64,000 nt of DNA from Microthyrium microscopicum (lineage: Eukaryota): assembly GCA_010405405.1 (NCBI GenBank), contig MU004237.1:782191-846190 (forward strand). Reading direction: 5' to 3'. Shown here piece by piece: positions 13,201-25,727 of this stretch. The number at the start of each line of letters is the position of its first letter. The first letter of the stretch is position 1. The notes under the pieces were generated by a model that was not told where the DNA came from, did not search any database, and saw nothing but the letters and a program-made list of their open reading frames with translations. The position numbers were made by a program, and so were the translations under genes.

Positions 13201-16200
13201 TAAAAGAGAGTTAAATTTAACTTATATATACTTCTCTTAGTATTTTTAAGTCTTTATTTTTTAATATTAAACCCTAACTACTTCCTAAGTAAACTAAGAA
13301 AATAATTAGAATCTAATATAGCTTTAGAGAAGCTAATACCTACTTAAATTAGGATTTTTATTAGTCTATTATTAAGTTAGTATTATTTTTAATTATAAGT
13401 AGAAGTAAATAAATTCTTATATATTAATTATCTTATTACTAATATATATTTCTTCTATATAAAGCACTACCTTAATTAATAATATAGTAAATAAGAATCT
13501 AATACTTTATTAGTATATATATAATAAAGTCCTTAATAAAGATATACTATTACGTTAGATATAACTATCTTTCTAAAAAGAAGCACTACTAGCTATACTT
13601 TAATTAATACTTATAATATATACCTAAGTCTATAATTAGCTTTAACCTATTAATATAATATTATTTCTATAAATAAAAGACTTCCTAAAAAGATAAAAGA
13701 ACTAAATATATAATAAGCACCTAAAACAAGTAAAGTAGTATACTTACTTCACTATTTTAAGCATAGTAATAATAAGTAAAAGTAAATATATTAAAAAATA
13801 ACTACTAAAATAAATAGAGATATTAAAAGTAATTCCTACTATCTTAAAGTAAATTAGTAAATAATAAAGTAAATTTAGAACTTACTTAAAGTATACGTTA
13901 TAAGCTTAAATCTAGCAAAGAATAGCTTATAATACGCTTTTTATAGTTTTATTTCTATTAGTTATAATATATAAAATATAAGCCTACTATTCTATACCCC
14001 TAGATATTTTAAATAAACCCTTAGTTTATTCTTAAAGCTATTAATTATTACTAAGTAATAAGGTAGATAGATATATAAGCCCTATAAGTTAAAAGTTTAA
14101 CTACTTAGATTTTATAATATTCCTTTATAAATAAGCGTAACGATTAGTTAATAACTATTATAGCTAGTAATATATTTTTAAATATTAGCTAACTTTAAGC
14201 TACTCTTTTACTACTTAATTATTTAGCATTTAGATATATACTATAGTTGCTACTTCTACCTACTAGGGACTAGTACTTTTTAACTTAAAAAAAATACTAC
14301 TTAAATAAAAATATTTAGAAGTAGTTAACTAGCCTACCTCTATATATTAATAAACTAATAATAATATTTATTAATATTTATTTACGTTATCTAGTATATA
14401 TTAATAGAAAGCATATCCTTACCTTTTTTATAATATACTACTAATTATATGCTAAGTAATAAAGTTTCTCTATTTTTTTAGAGGCTTCTATATTTATATT
14501 CTTTTAATAATAATATTTACTACTTTAGATTAATAATATATACTAAGATTTCTATCTAAGAAAAAACTAAATATATCTAAAGTATAACTACTAGCTAATA
14601 AATAATATAGTTAAATTACCTTAATAAAGCTATTTAGAGTTCTTACCTAATAAACTTAACCTTCTTAAAAAAGATATATACTTTATACTAAAGTAAAGAG
14701 TATAATCTCTATTATACGTTAGAGCTAATGTATTAAATATACCTATTAATACTAGATTAAGGTAAAATTACTTTTTATAAATAAGAATACTCTTAGTAAA
14801 ATTAAGAGCCTATAGTTTATATAGGTTAATAATCCTATAACCTACTTATACTATTTATATTATTCCTAATATAGTACTTATACTTCTTAAGGATATAGAG
14901 TAGTATATAGAATTATCTCTATATATAATAATAATAAGGCTATAATAATATTAAAAAGTCTTTAGAAAGCCTAATTTAAATAAAAATTATAGTAGAAAAT
15001 TATAATAATTAGCTTTAGTTTTTAAATAACCTTCCTTCTAAATACTAACTTACTAGTATTTAGTTTAGATAGTATTTAAATAATATACTAATTTTTAACT
15101 AACTTTCTCTTATATTATAAAATATAAGCTCCTCTAATATATAGAATAACTTAATTACTATACCCTAGACTAGAGTATAACTACTATATAAATATAATAA
15201 GTTATATAAAACTATAGCCTTAAAAAAGCATCGTTAGTAAAATAGATAAAGAAAGAATAAGATTAGACTTAAAAAGTATACTAGAATTACTCTATTATAA
15301 CTAATAAGCCTATTTATAAAATAAAATCTCTAAATAAAGAGGTAATTAATTATTATTAATAAGCCTACTATAAATAGTAGTCTATAATAGGCTATAACTA
15401 ATAAAGGGTAGTAATATTATTTATATTTTATATATAGTATTTCTAAGTAATAAGTAGTTATAGTATTTAGCATAACTAAAATATTAATTAATTAATAGTT
15501 AAAAACTACTTATATTACTATAAATTAACTTAGCGTAATATAATATATTAATATAGAATATATTAACGTTAAAGATATTAAGACTTTTTTTTAAAAGAAA
15601 AAAATTAATATAAAAAATACCTTACTATTTTAATCTTTTCTAAAAAGCGTATTAAAGAAGGGTAACCTATAAAGTATAATAAGATATTTCTAATAATAAA
15701 TATTAAAGTATAAATAGTTATAAAAATTATTATAATATTATTACCCTAAAAGGGTCTTAATATTAATTAAGATCTATTAAGATACCCCTATAATAATTTT
15801 ACTAAGTATTAGTATAAATATACTACTTAATAAGCTTTATTATAAAAAGCTCTACTTACCTAAGTAATACATAGTATTAAATAATACTACTTAGTAATAA
15901 AAAGACTTTATAACTATTCTAGCTAGTTAATACCTATATATCTAGAAAACTAGACTAAATTATAAAGATAGATTAAACTAGTAATCTCTACTAATTTTAG
16001 CTACCTTAAAGCTAAGTAATTATTAAATAGTACTTCAAAAAGTAACTATAAGTTATTCTTTTTATTTTACTAAAATAAATATATATAATAAATAAAATAA
16101 TATCTTAATTTCTTATATAATAAGTAAAATAATATCTTAATCCCTTATGCAAAGTATCTCTTTATAAAGAGTAGATACCTTAATATATTCTAATAAGTTA

Positions 16201-17340
16201 TCTATAGAACGCGCACTATAAGTAAAATATTAAGCATTTTACTATAAGGTATCTTACTATATATATTCTCTTAAATAGTCTTTAAGAAAAAACAATATAA
16301 TAAGCTTTATAATTAATTTTACGCGTATAGAAGCATACTATATTAAAAAGTATAGAATTAAGAGCAAAGAGAGCTTTTTAGCTAAAAAGGCTTATTTTAT
16401 AGTAGTAGGATATTATTCTTAAAGTAATACTTATTACTAAATTATTATAATAAGACTATATAAGTATAAAACTACTATATAGTATAAGCTTAATATTATT
16501 ATAAATTCTACGCAATTTTTAATATTATATATTAGAATTTACTATAATTTTACTCCTATTTTTCTATAAATAAGCTAAAAAAATATTATTCCTTTACTTA
16601 CTTAGCTCTTAATATAGCTATAAAGAAACTTAATAAGACTTAGGTACGTATATTACTTACTATATAAACTAGCTTAGCGCTACTTAAATATAATAGCTAA
16701 ATTAAAGTTATAGTCTCTCTCTTCCTTAATACTAAAAAATCTTACTTTACTAAACCTTCTCTATTATAATTCTATTACCTAATCGTATTAGTTATACTTA
16801 ATTTAATAAGAAAAAATAAACTTATATATAATTTAGCTTTATAAAATTATTATATAGTAGTACTAACTATCCTAGTACTAATCTTATGCTATTTCCTTAC
16901 TTTTTTTATATTCTTATAAGTATAGTATTTTATAATAGTAAGCTAGCCCCTTAGATATTTAAGTATAGATACGTTTTATAAGATAATTAATATTTATAAA
17001 GAATACTTACGCCTTTAGCGTTAGTAGTTCTACTAATTAATAAGCTAAATAGTATATATAATAGTTTAGTATATAAGCTAAGGAATATAAGCCTACTAAA
17101 ACGTAACTTTACCTTATATAATATAAATAGAAAAGTCTAAAATACTCTATATTAACATCTTAAAGCTTATATAATTACATTAAAAGCTAGAAATTACTTT
17201 TAAGGATATAAATTAGTAGTAAAGAAGCATTATAATAGATTATACTAAAGGAACAAAAGAATATCTAAGCTAAAGGAATAGAAATATTTAGCAATACTAA
17301 CTTACTAATATTTAATAAGAAATTTATTCTTTATAAAATA

Positions 17341-17585
17341 AAGATATAATCTATAATATTAAGTATAATTAAAAAATATATTTTAAGTAAAGCTTCCCTA
17401 TTAAACTAATTTAGTAAGGCAACTACTACTACTACTAAATAAAGATATAATCTATAATATTAGGTATAATTAAAAATAACATTCTAGGTAAAGCTTCTCT
17501 ATTTAACTAATTTAGTAAAGTAACTATTACTATTACTAAATAAAGATACAATCTAATCTATTAAGCATAATTAAAAAATATATTT
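17341..17585. repeat. ~101-bp tandem repeat, ~2.5 copies, inside the large element
   Basis: AAGATAYAATCTA unit starts at 17341, 17442 and 17543. Confidence 0.8.
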
Positions 17586-17805
17586 ATACCTATACCTTAT
17601 TACTAATTTAGTAAGAAACTACTACTACTAAGCTTTACTAAACTTTACTATAATTATAAATTTATAACCTTACTTTTATTCTTTTAAGGAAGGAGCCTTA
17701 TAGTATTTATCCTAATTAAAACCCTTACGTAGAGTTATTTTATTTATTAAAGTTATTTTAGAAAAGATATTATAAGTATAGCCCTCTTAAAGAATATTCC
17801 TTTAC

Positions 17806-18197
17806 TAAATTTAGTAAGCTTTTCTATAAACTAATATCTTTACTTATAATATATTTCTATAACCGTACTAAAATCTACCTATAGTTTATAGTCTTTAACC
17901 TATAAGAATATCTTCTAAAGGCGCTTCTCCCTAAATTTAGTAAGCTTCTCTATAAACTAATATCTTTATCTATAATATATCTCTATAACTATACTAAAAT
18001 CTACTTATAGCTTATAGCCTTTAACCTATAAGAATATCTTCTAAAGGCGCTTCTTCCTAAATTTAGTAAGCTTCCCTATAAACTAATATCTTTGCTTATA
18101 ATATATCTTTATAACTATACTAAAATTTACTTATAGCTTATAGCCTTTAACCTATAAGAATATCTCTTAGAGGCGCTTCTCTCTAAATTTAGTAAGC
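17806..18197. repeat. 126-bp tandem repeat, 3 copies plus partial, adjacent to the right TIR
   Basis: TAAATTTAGTAAGC recurs at 17806, 17932, 18058 and 18184 (period 126). Copies differ mainly by transitions. Confidence 0.9.
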
Positions 18198-18406
18198 CTC
18201 TAATTAATATCTATATTAGTTATTACTAATTACCTTAATTTAGGTATTAAAAAATATATAATTTTTAAATATCCCTTTTAGAATTTATCTAAAGCGCTAA
18301 AATAAGAAAATAGGTATAGAAATATTGCATTTATAAAATATAGATATTTAGACCTTTTAGTTTTAGTGAACTAGCCAAGGTGGCCATTATGAGCCATCAT
18401 AGTAGT

Positions 18407-21400
18407 AAATGTTCTTCATTGCATGGCGTTTTCTAGAAAATTGCCCATCGTGGATAGTGCCTGGAAGTATATCAGTAAAACGAAACAACCGCTAGAGGCG
18501 ACAGAACTACTTAACCAACCAAACCTGAGTGGAGGGTCACCTCTCGAAGTCGCCATTACAAACAACAGCACGCCCATTGCGAAATATTTTCTAGCACTTG
18601 GTGCTGAAATCCATCCCTTAAGATATTTACTACACCATGCCGCCGCCCATGGAAACAGGTCAATAGCTAAGGTTCTTTTAAGACGCACCAAAGACCCGAA
18701 CCCCAAGGACAGCAACGGCGAAACTCCCCTTTTCGCCGCCATTAAATCCCGTAGATGGGATTTTATTGAATCATATTTTCAGGAGTGTGCGAAACTGGCC
18801 ATCGTGGTAGATGTCAATGCTACAAACAAACACTCCGAAACTCTCTTGCTTTTGGCGATTTCCCTCTCTTCCAGTAAAATAAGTGAATTACTGCTGAGCA
18901 AAGGTGCTACATCAATTCCTAACACCCTTGGAACGTATCCGATACACCTGGCTGCAATCTTGGGTCTGGACTCGGTCGTGAAGGTGCTAGTCAATCATGA
19001 CGGGGCGAAGAGCTCAAATAATTGGGGGTGTACGGCACTCTACTGCGCCGCGAATAATGGAAAACTTGGAATTCTGAAGTTTTTGGCAACCCATTCTCCA
19101 GGCTTGATAAATGTCGCGGACAAGACAGGGTACACTCCACTAATGGTCGCTTTAAAGCATAAGTATTACGATATCGCAAACTACCTTCTGGACTCCAAAG
19201 CTGATTGTCGTTCACATGCAGACGATGGCATCAACTCACTTCATGTGGCTGTTACTGGTAGTAACGTGAAGATGGTACAGCGACTCCTCGATCTTGGCGT
19301 AGACGGAAATGCCACTACCAATCAGGGTCAGACAGTTACTCATTATGCCGTGCGAGGCGATAGTTGGGCACAAATGGAAATTATTGAGGAACTTGTTAAG
19401 AGAGGTTACAACCAAGTCAACATTCTTGATCAGGGAGGAATATCTGTCCTTCATTCGGCTGCCATCAAAGGACATCTAAAGATATTGCAGAGGCTCGAAA
19501 GCCTTGGCGGAACTTTAGAGGTGGAATCAGTATTTGGCTATAATCTAGTGCTGATAGCATCGGTTAGGGGTCAATTGGAAATTTTGAAGTACCTCAGAAG
19601 ACGAGGTGCAGATTTTACCTATCGTGCGCAGGACGGACTAGACGCTCTCGCCCTTGCGGCCGAATCTTATCCAGAGACTGTCAAGCTATTACTCGACATC
19701 ATTCCTGAAAGAGCAAATGATCAGGCAAATATCTACCAAGACTCCCCGCTCCTGATCGCTGCTCGCGCAAAGAACCATTTGGCCGTACGATATCTCCTCG
19801 AAGCCGGGGCAGATCCATTTCGTCGTAATCTACTTGGTTTATGTACCTGGGATTATGCGTGTCACCATCAGCAGACTCAAGAAGAGATTGAAAAGGTTTT
19901 TGGAAAATTCGATGTTGATGAGAAATGGCACAGTGGGAACGAAAGGCGATCCATTCTCATGAAAACAGTCAATGACTGTGTTGCGAAGCTCACAGAGCTC
20001 ACACAGTCCCCGAAAAGCAGCCAGTCGACGACTTCACTTTTTGTTTCAGAGTCTGTTATGATACTGCTAAGCCAGACCCTCCTTCACTTAGGAGATCAGA
20101 AAGCGTTCAAAATCTGTCATATGGCTCTTTTATCCATATTACAACCAGTTTCAATAGGGAACAATTGGGATTGTAGTATGTGTCAAACGGAGTTATTTGC
20201 TGTTGAGCATTTCGTTTGCAAGTCATGTCCTGGTCTCGTCTTACTGTGTAAGAAGTGTATGCTTGCTTACAACTCGTCTGGAAAATGTGCACCTCTTGCT
20301 CTCAAGGTCCTAGTGTCACTGGAAGAAACAGTCAGGCCGATAAGAGCTGTGTTACAAGACACGTTGCTTAGTACGGCTACTGCTGCAATGTATCTAAATG
20401 ACATTACTCGGGAGTGGCTTACCCAAACGACTGAGGCGTACGATTCTTGGGTACTGAAGTATAGCTCACAGGGTGAACTGGTCCAAATCCCTCGCCCTGG
20501 GGAAAGATGCCTAAGAATGATCCAAGAAATGTACAGTGGCCTTCTCCAAAGAGGAGCAAGCATCGACTTCCATCTGGCTGAGGATGTGGAACTGATTAAA
20601 ACAACTCTTGGACGTTTCTGCGCTCTTCAATCAGAACATAGAGCTGACAAGGCACCATTGTCGTTTACATGCAAAGATCATGACTTTCTGTCCATCTCAC
20701 AGAAATGTTTCGAAAACATCAATGCCGCCGCAATCAGTGGGACTGTCACACTCGCCTTCTTGTCAACGCTACTTTCCAAATACGATAATGGAAAAGAGAA
20801 TGATGAATCCACGGAACATATTACCGAATCGAAGGGAAAGAACCATTTCTCGACATCACCGTTGGGCATGGAGACTGCCGATGTACCTGAGCCAGCTTCA
20901 ACTCTCGATCTGTCAGAGAGGAGTCACCGTACAAGTCTTAAGGAACCTTCGCAAGCTAACTTCTGGTCACCGCCCAATCAACATCTTTCGAAAGGATCTG
21001 ACACGACGCAGCTACTCAAACGCTCACGAACACTTCCACAAAGCAGTGAAGTAGCTAAATTTCCGAGACGAAGTATGAGTTTAAGAACCTGGGATTTTGA
21101 GGGAAGTAAGGCTCTAGAGTCAACTAAATACACATTGCCATCCTCCAAGACAAAGGGGCGTTTATTCAAGTCCTTTGATATAGATCAAACAGCGACAATA
21201 GAGTATGCGTCATTGGCAAAAGCTTACCATACTCTGGCCAGCAACCAGGTACCGTCTGCTAGGCCAAAGCCTGAGGCCGATCTTGAGATGGTGGAGAAGC
21301 GGAAGTTGATCAACCCTGGCAAACCTAAGCATGGACAAGAAAACCAGACATGGTCAAATGTTACGAATGCAGACGACAAAGGCGTGCCAGCGGAAATGCT

Positions 21401-21656
21401 TCGAAAATTTCGGATGAACGGCGAAGACAAAGAGATCATTAAAAGTGCATATACCAAATGCTATGGCTATGCGGCTGATGATACATTCTTGAACATTTGG
21501 GCTGCGGCCGTTGAAATTACAGAAGTAATTAAGCCTGGTTGGAAGCACGAGTATTTTCTGGATGCTCTACATGAGCTTGAAACCACTGAAGCATCACGTT
21601 TGGAGGCTGAAAGGCTAGATGAGAGTTTATACCAGAGCACAGATACGGATGGATGA
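18407..21656 (+). CDS. 3' half of the NACHT-ankyrin gene: many ANK repeats, Cys-rich ZZ-like zinc finger and low-complexity tail
   Basis: Uninterrupted 1077-aa ORF from ATG 18423. The frame continues upstream (VVNVLHC) to the element boundary and joins the 5' half in frame. Contains ANK repeats (GETPLFAA, GYTPLMVA) and CSMC...CKSC...CKKC. Confidence 0.88.
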
Positions 21657-23196
21657 AATGTTACACGCGATTATGCTTGACTCTTCACTCTTTGATTAAT
21701 CCTGTTCGCTCACTTATTTTCTCCATATTGCGGAAGTAAGAGGCTGCCTCAGAGTCAAGTGTTACTCGGCAGTATGCTGAGTATGCTCTCAACTTTAAAC
21801 CAGTTCTCAGGTATGGAAAGTACGTCTATATGGGGGCACATTCAGTTTTCCGCCTATACACTGGAAACTCATTTGTCATCCTCTGGCAATGGGACAAAGA
21901 CCATAGTTTTATTAGCAGCGTGGTTTCTCTCGTTGTTATATTTCCGTTGCATCACCTCGCCAATCTGCTTTACAATGCCAAATTAGCCATTATAACTCTC
22001 CAAGTTACGCAGTAAAAGCTCGTGGGTCGTTCTGACCTTACAAGCACAAGGACTGCCCGCGAATCTATATCAATCTATCATCCGTTAGTACAAAAGCGGC
22101 CACTCACGAAACGAGATTTTGATATTACCTTCCAGCTTGTCAAAACTTCATCGACATCCTCTTCAGATTGGGCCACAAATCCTATAAGTCTTTCCGTTGT
22201 GACTCTTCCAGCTTAGCCAAATCAAAACCCCCAGTGCCTGTATTCGCAATTCACCAGTGCGCAAGAACGATCCCCGCTTTCTACCTCCAGCTAACTGATT
22301 CTTCAGGTACTGTTCGAGTTATAGCAGTCACAGCGCCCGCGTTTGACATCTATCTGGCTATCAATTTGAATTGTTACAATGGGGGGCTTGACAGAAGGAT
22401 CACGGCTCTTGAGAAAAATTACCAGCATTGGACTCTAGATTTTCTAGTGTTAGTTTGATACCAGGCCTGGAAGTAATTTGCAAATATACTCCAGTAGTAT
22501 GCAATGAGATTTGGATGATTGACCTTTCAAGCTGTTCAATGAAGCAACGGAAGCCTTCCAATAGGAGAGAAAATAAGAGTTCTTTCTAAAAGCTCAAAGC
22601 AGAGTATTATTCTTTGAAATATATAAAGATATAAGCCACAAACACCGTACCTACACAACTGGCGCTCGTTACTTTCCTGTGCAAAACAAATACACGCAAG
22701 TCAGGATTTGTATTATTCTCCTTACAATATCCACAAACCATAAACCCAAAGGATCGGTTCCTCCAGCAAATCGGTCCCAGAACTTTGACGTAGCATTCAT
22801 TATGACGGCCCTTTACCCCTCAAGTTCTAGACCAGTCGATGATCTACAACCCAAAACCTGCAGGAGCACTATCCCGTAGTTAGGTCCATACAAATGCGTC
22901 CAGATGCACTTGTATCGCACCAGTCACAGGGATATCATCTAAATGCCAACCCACAAGTTGCGTCATAGGGGTCCGGATGAGGCACCGGAGAAAACAAGTT
23001 GATAGAAAAGTTGTTCTTCGCGTTGGGATCGCCGATGATTTACGGAGGTACTCCGTGCAAATTCCATATAAAACGTGCCGTTCATACTGAATTAAGAAGA
23101 ATCAAATCCTTATTCCTCGATAATATACTACTTGAAATTTTTGTATACAACTGGCAAATATCGCAACATCTTCTTGATCTTACTCAAACAAACAAC

Positions 23197-23500
23197 ATGG
23201 CTGACAGTATGTTATGTTCTCATAGGAACCAACAACTCCTCGAGATAGTTTGACAAGAAAGACTGACTCTTTCCAGATCTTCGTTCCTCTGCAGTTGGAC
23301 AGAACCCGACTTTTGCCCAAACTGTTAGCAAGGAGGAAAATATTCTTGGTGACAAGGCTGTTGGTGGCATGGACAACGATAGCGACCACGTTGCAAACGT
23401 TGAGTCAGGTCTGAAGGCCGCAATCAACAATCCAAATACATCTGCGAAGGCCAAGACTGAGGCTGAAGAAAAGCTCAAGACTCTACAGTCGAAATCTTGA
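23197..23500 (+). CDS. con-6: Conidiation protein 6 (Con-6)-like small protein
   Basis: Exons 23197-23206 and 23277-23500 (GTATGT...CTGAC...CAG intron) give MADNLRSS...NVESGLKAAINNPNTSAKAKTEAEEKLKTLQSKS, which resembles the Con-6 motif. Not present in the ORF track. Confidence 0.75.
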
Positions 23501-23593
23501 TTGTACATTGTATCGAATATATTTATCAAAATCTGAATCATGACATTATGCCGCTGGCCCTCCAATCATGCAAAATACGTGCTTGCTCCTCTT

Positions 23594-24489
23594 TCAACTT
23601 GACGATCCACCTTCTTGCTGCTCCATCCGTTGACGATCGGGGTCAGAATCATCCTCTCCTTTCCAAGTATACAGTGTGACTTGCTCCACCATAAACAGTA
23701 CGAAGATGAAGGCAAACACAATAGTAAAAGATACAGCCAACTTGGCCTCGCCATTCCACCACTCCACGTCCTCTGAAGGGAAAATGCTTCCCGTGCCACT
23801 CCAGATCAGAATGAACATTCCAGAAATCATAGCGAGCACGCTAATTCCTAGCAGCAAGACACTCAGCTGCCATGCCCAGACCTGAAGTTTGCGAGGCAAA
23901 ATACATCCAGTCTTGTTGCATGGCTTGCGTCGACGGAGCAGACGACGGATGCTGGTGTTGGATCTTTTGTGGCAGGATAGACGATGGAGTCGGATGGACT
24001 GTTGCGCTGCGATTAAGACTGAACTCAGTGCTAGAATGGTCCCGCAGTACCAGCAGGCTCGTACTGTCCATGGCTGGGTCGTTCCATTTTTGAGGACGGT
24101 TGGCCAGGATCCGGTTGAGGTGAGGACACCAGCAATGAGGGCGCCCTGAAGATGATCAGATACAAGATTTATAATACTGTGAAGGAGTACGCAAACAAAG
24201 TGCGGCACAGGAGGAAGAGAACATGGAAGATTCATTATCTTATAATACATACCACAATACCAATAAAGTTGAGTTCTTGCAGTTTGTGGTCTACCCATTT
24301 CTCTGTTAATTTGTCTCTTTCTTCCGACGTGTCTGCATTCAGCAACGCGAATATAGGATCGTACGTCGTCGTTGACTTGAAAAGTGACGACATCTCGGGT
24401 AACAGTCTGGTATATTCGTTTATCGATGGATTTTGATGCTCGTATAGCGAGTCTGTGGTTGATGAGGAAGTTAGTGGTTCCCGGTCCAT
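23594..24489 (-). CDS. Uncharacterised multi-pass membrane protein
   Basis: Exons 24489-24253 and 24145-23594 join in frame (LNFIGIV|GALIAGV); about 4 hydrophobic segments. Confidence 0.75.
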
Positions 24490-24868
24490 AGAGAAGGGTC
24501 GGTAAACACGGCTATTCTATGGAATTTCCACCTTTCTTTGAATTAAGCTTCTGGAAGATGTTGAGGTTCTGGTCCCTGGAGAATATGCTTGACGACGTAG
24601 GTTGGTTGGGAATCTAGCCTTAACAAGCTTAGATAAAAGTAGCGCTGGACGCTAAAGCAAGATATCCGCGGGCAGCAAGGATGTTGCAGTGATATGACTG
24701 CAATGCGGTGTACCCTTGGAGGTTTGATCATCATCATGCATAACCTGTGGTCGGTTGCACTAGGATTTTTCATATCTCGAAAGAAAAGTTATTAGGAGGT
24801 GCTCTGGAGTTTATATCAAGTACATGTTTGTAGCAGAAACAAAAAACGAAAGCAGACGAATAAGAAAA

Positions 24869-25373
24869 GACCGTTATTAACTCATTATGGACCCACCCCT
24901 AAATCTTCCCTACCCACCAGTGAATCTCCCTCACCCACCCTTTATAATTGATATTGCTAAGTTCCACGTCTTAACACTAGAAAAGATATAATTTAAAATA
25001 AAGATTGTATATAGTAGGATAGTAGCTATCTCTCTATTCTTTTAAAATTTTATCTTAATTGTAGATGAAAGAGTTATGCCCAATATGAAAAGGTAGGTTA
25101 ATATATCAACTAAGGATAGGTTATATTGCGAAAGTTTATAGCCTTATTTTATCTCTTGATTTAATTTGGTATTTATATACTTATTTAGCAAGACATTAAG
25201 TTTTTGAAAAATACGTTAGACTCAAAATCTTCTAGGCTATCCGTAGAGCTTTGAAAATAATATAAATATTGGGTATTGGTGCCAGAAACATAAATAGTGA
25301 AGCAATTGGGGGTGGGTGAGGAAGATCCACTGGTGGGTTGGGAAGATTTAGGGGTGGGTCCGTAATAACGGTC
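24869..25373. mobile_element. Mutator-like (MULE) non-autonomous element/MITE, 505 bp, with 9-bp TSD
   Basis: TIRs of ~65-70 bp starting GACCGTTATTA...GGACCCACCCCTAAATCTTCCC. ATAAGAAAA is duplicated perfectly at 24860-24868 and 25374-25382. A G-start TIR with a 9-bp TSD is typical of Mutator. Confidence 0.88.
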
Positions 25374-25727
25374 ATAAGAAAACCTGATTAATTTTTAAGC
25401 GGATAGTCAATTCTGGTTGTGCTAATATGCTTCTATCGTATCAGAATCCTTCGTTATCTGGGCTTACTACATGAAAAATCGATTGCTTAAGCTCTTAAGG
25501 AGAATCAGTATCTGATTGATTGTTAGCATAGGGAGTTCTTACTGCCGCAACGTTTCCATCTTCATCATACCTCTTATTGAGAATCTAGGTATAGTCATAC
25601 CTTCCTGAGACGTAGATAGGAACAAATGCTCCTAGTAGGCAGAATGGTACCTAAGTAAATGTGCATTAGATGTAAATATTATTGATGTAACAGCCAAAGA
25701 TTTTAATCTACAATCTGTTCTACTCTA

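Larger units (their letters stand above)
6735..18401. mobile_element. Large (~11.7 kb) RIP-degraded TIR DNA transposon, superfamily unassigned
   Basis: ~183-bp TIRs (6735-6917 and 18219-18401) beginning TATGAYGGCTCATAAYGGCCACC. GTAGT is duplicated at 6730-6734 and 18402-18406. The interior is extremely AT/TpA-rich with no ORF >=60 aa in the supplied track, and TIR differences are mostly C/T and G/A transitions (RIP signature). Confidence 0.92.

Noticed and set aside
6735..18401. Starship, LTR retrotransposon or CACTA assignment for the large element
   Set aside because: Long symmetric TIRs rather than LTRs or short asymmetric ends; no readable tyrosine recombinase; the left end does not begin CACTA.
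6722..18405. The large element being spliced out as a giant intron to restore the NLR
   Set aside because: The donor at 6730 joined to AG 18402 or 18405 creates a stop. The donor at 6722 would be in frame but is weak (GTGACA), no good branch site precedes the AGs, and an 11.7-kb intron is implausible here.
21759..23000. Scattered 60-100-aa ORFs downstream of the NLR
   Set aside because: No motifs or coherent splice model.
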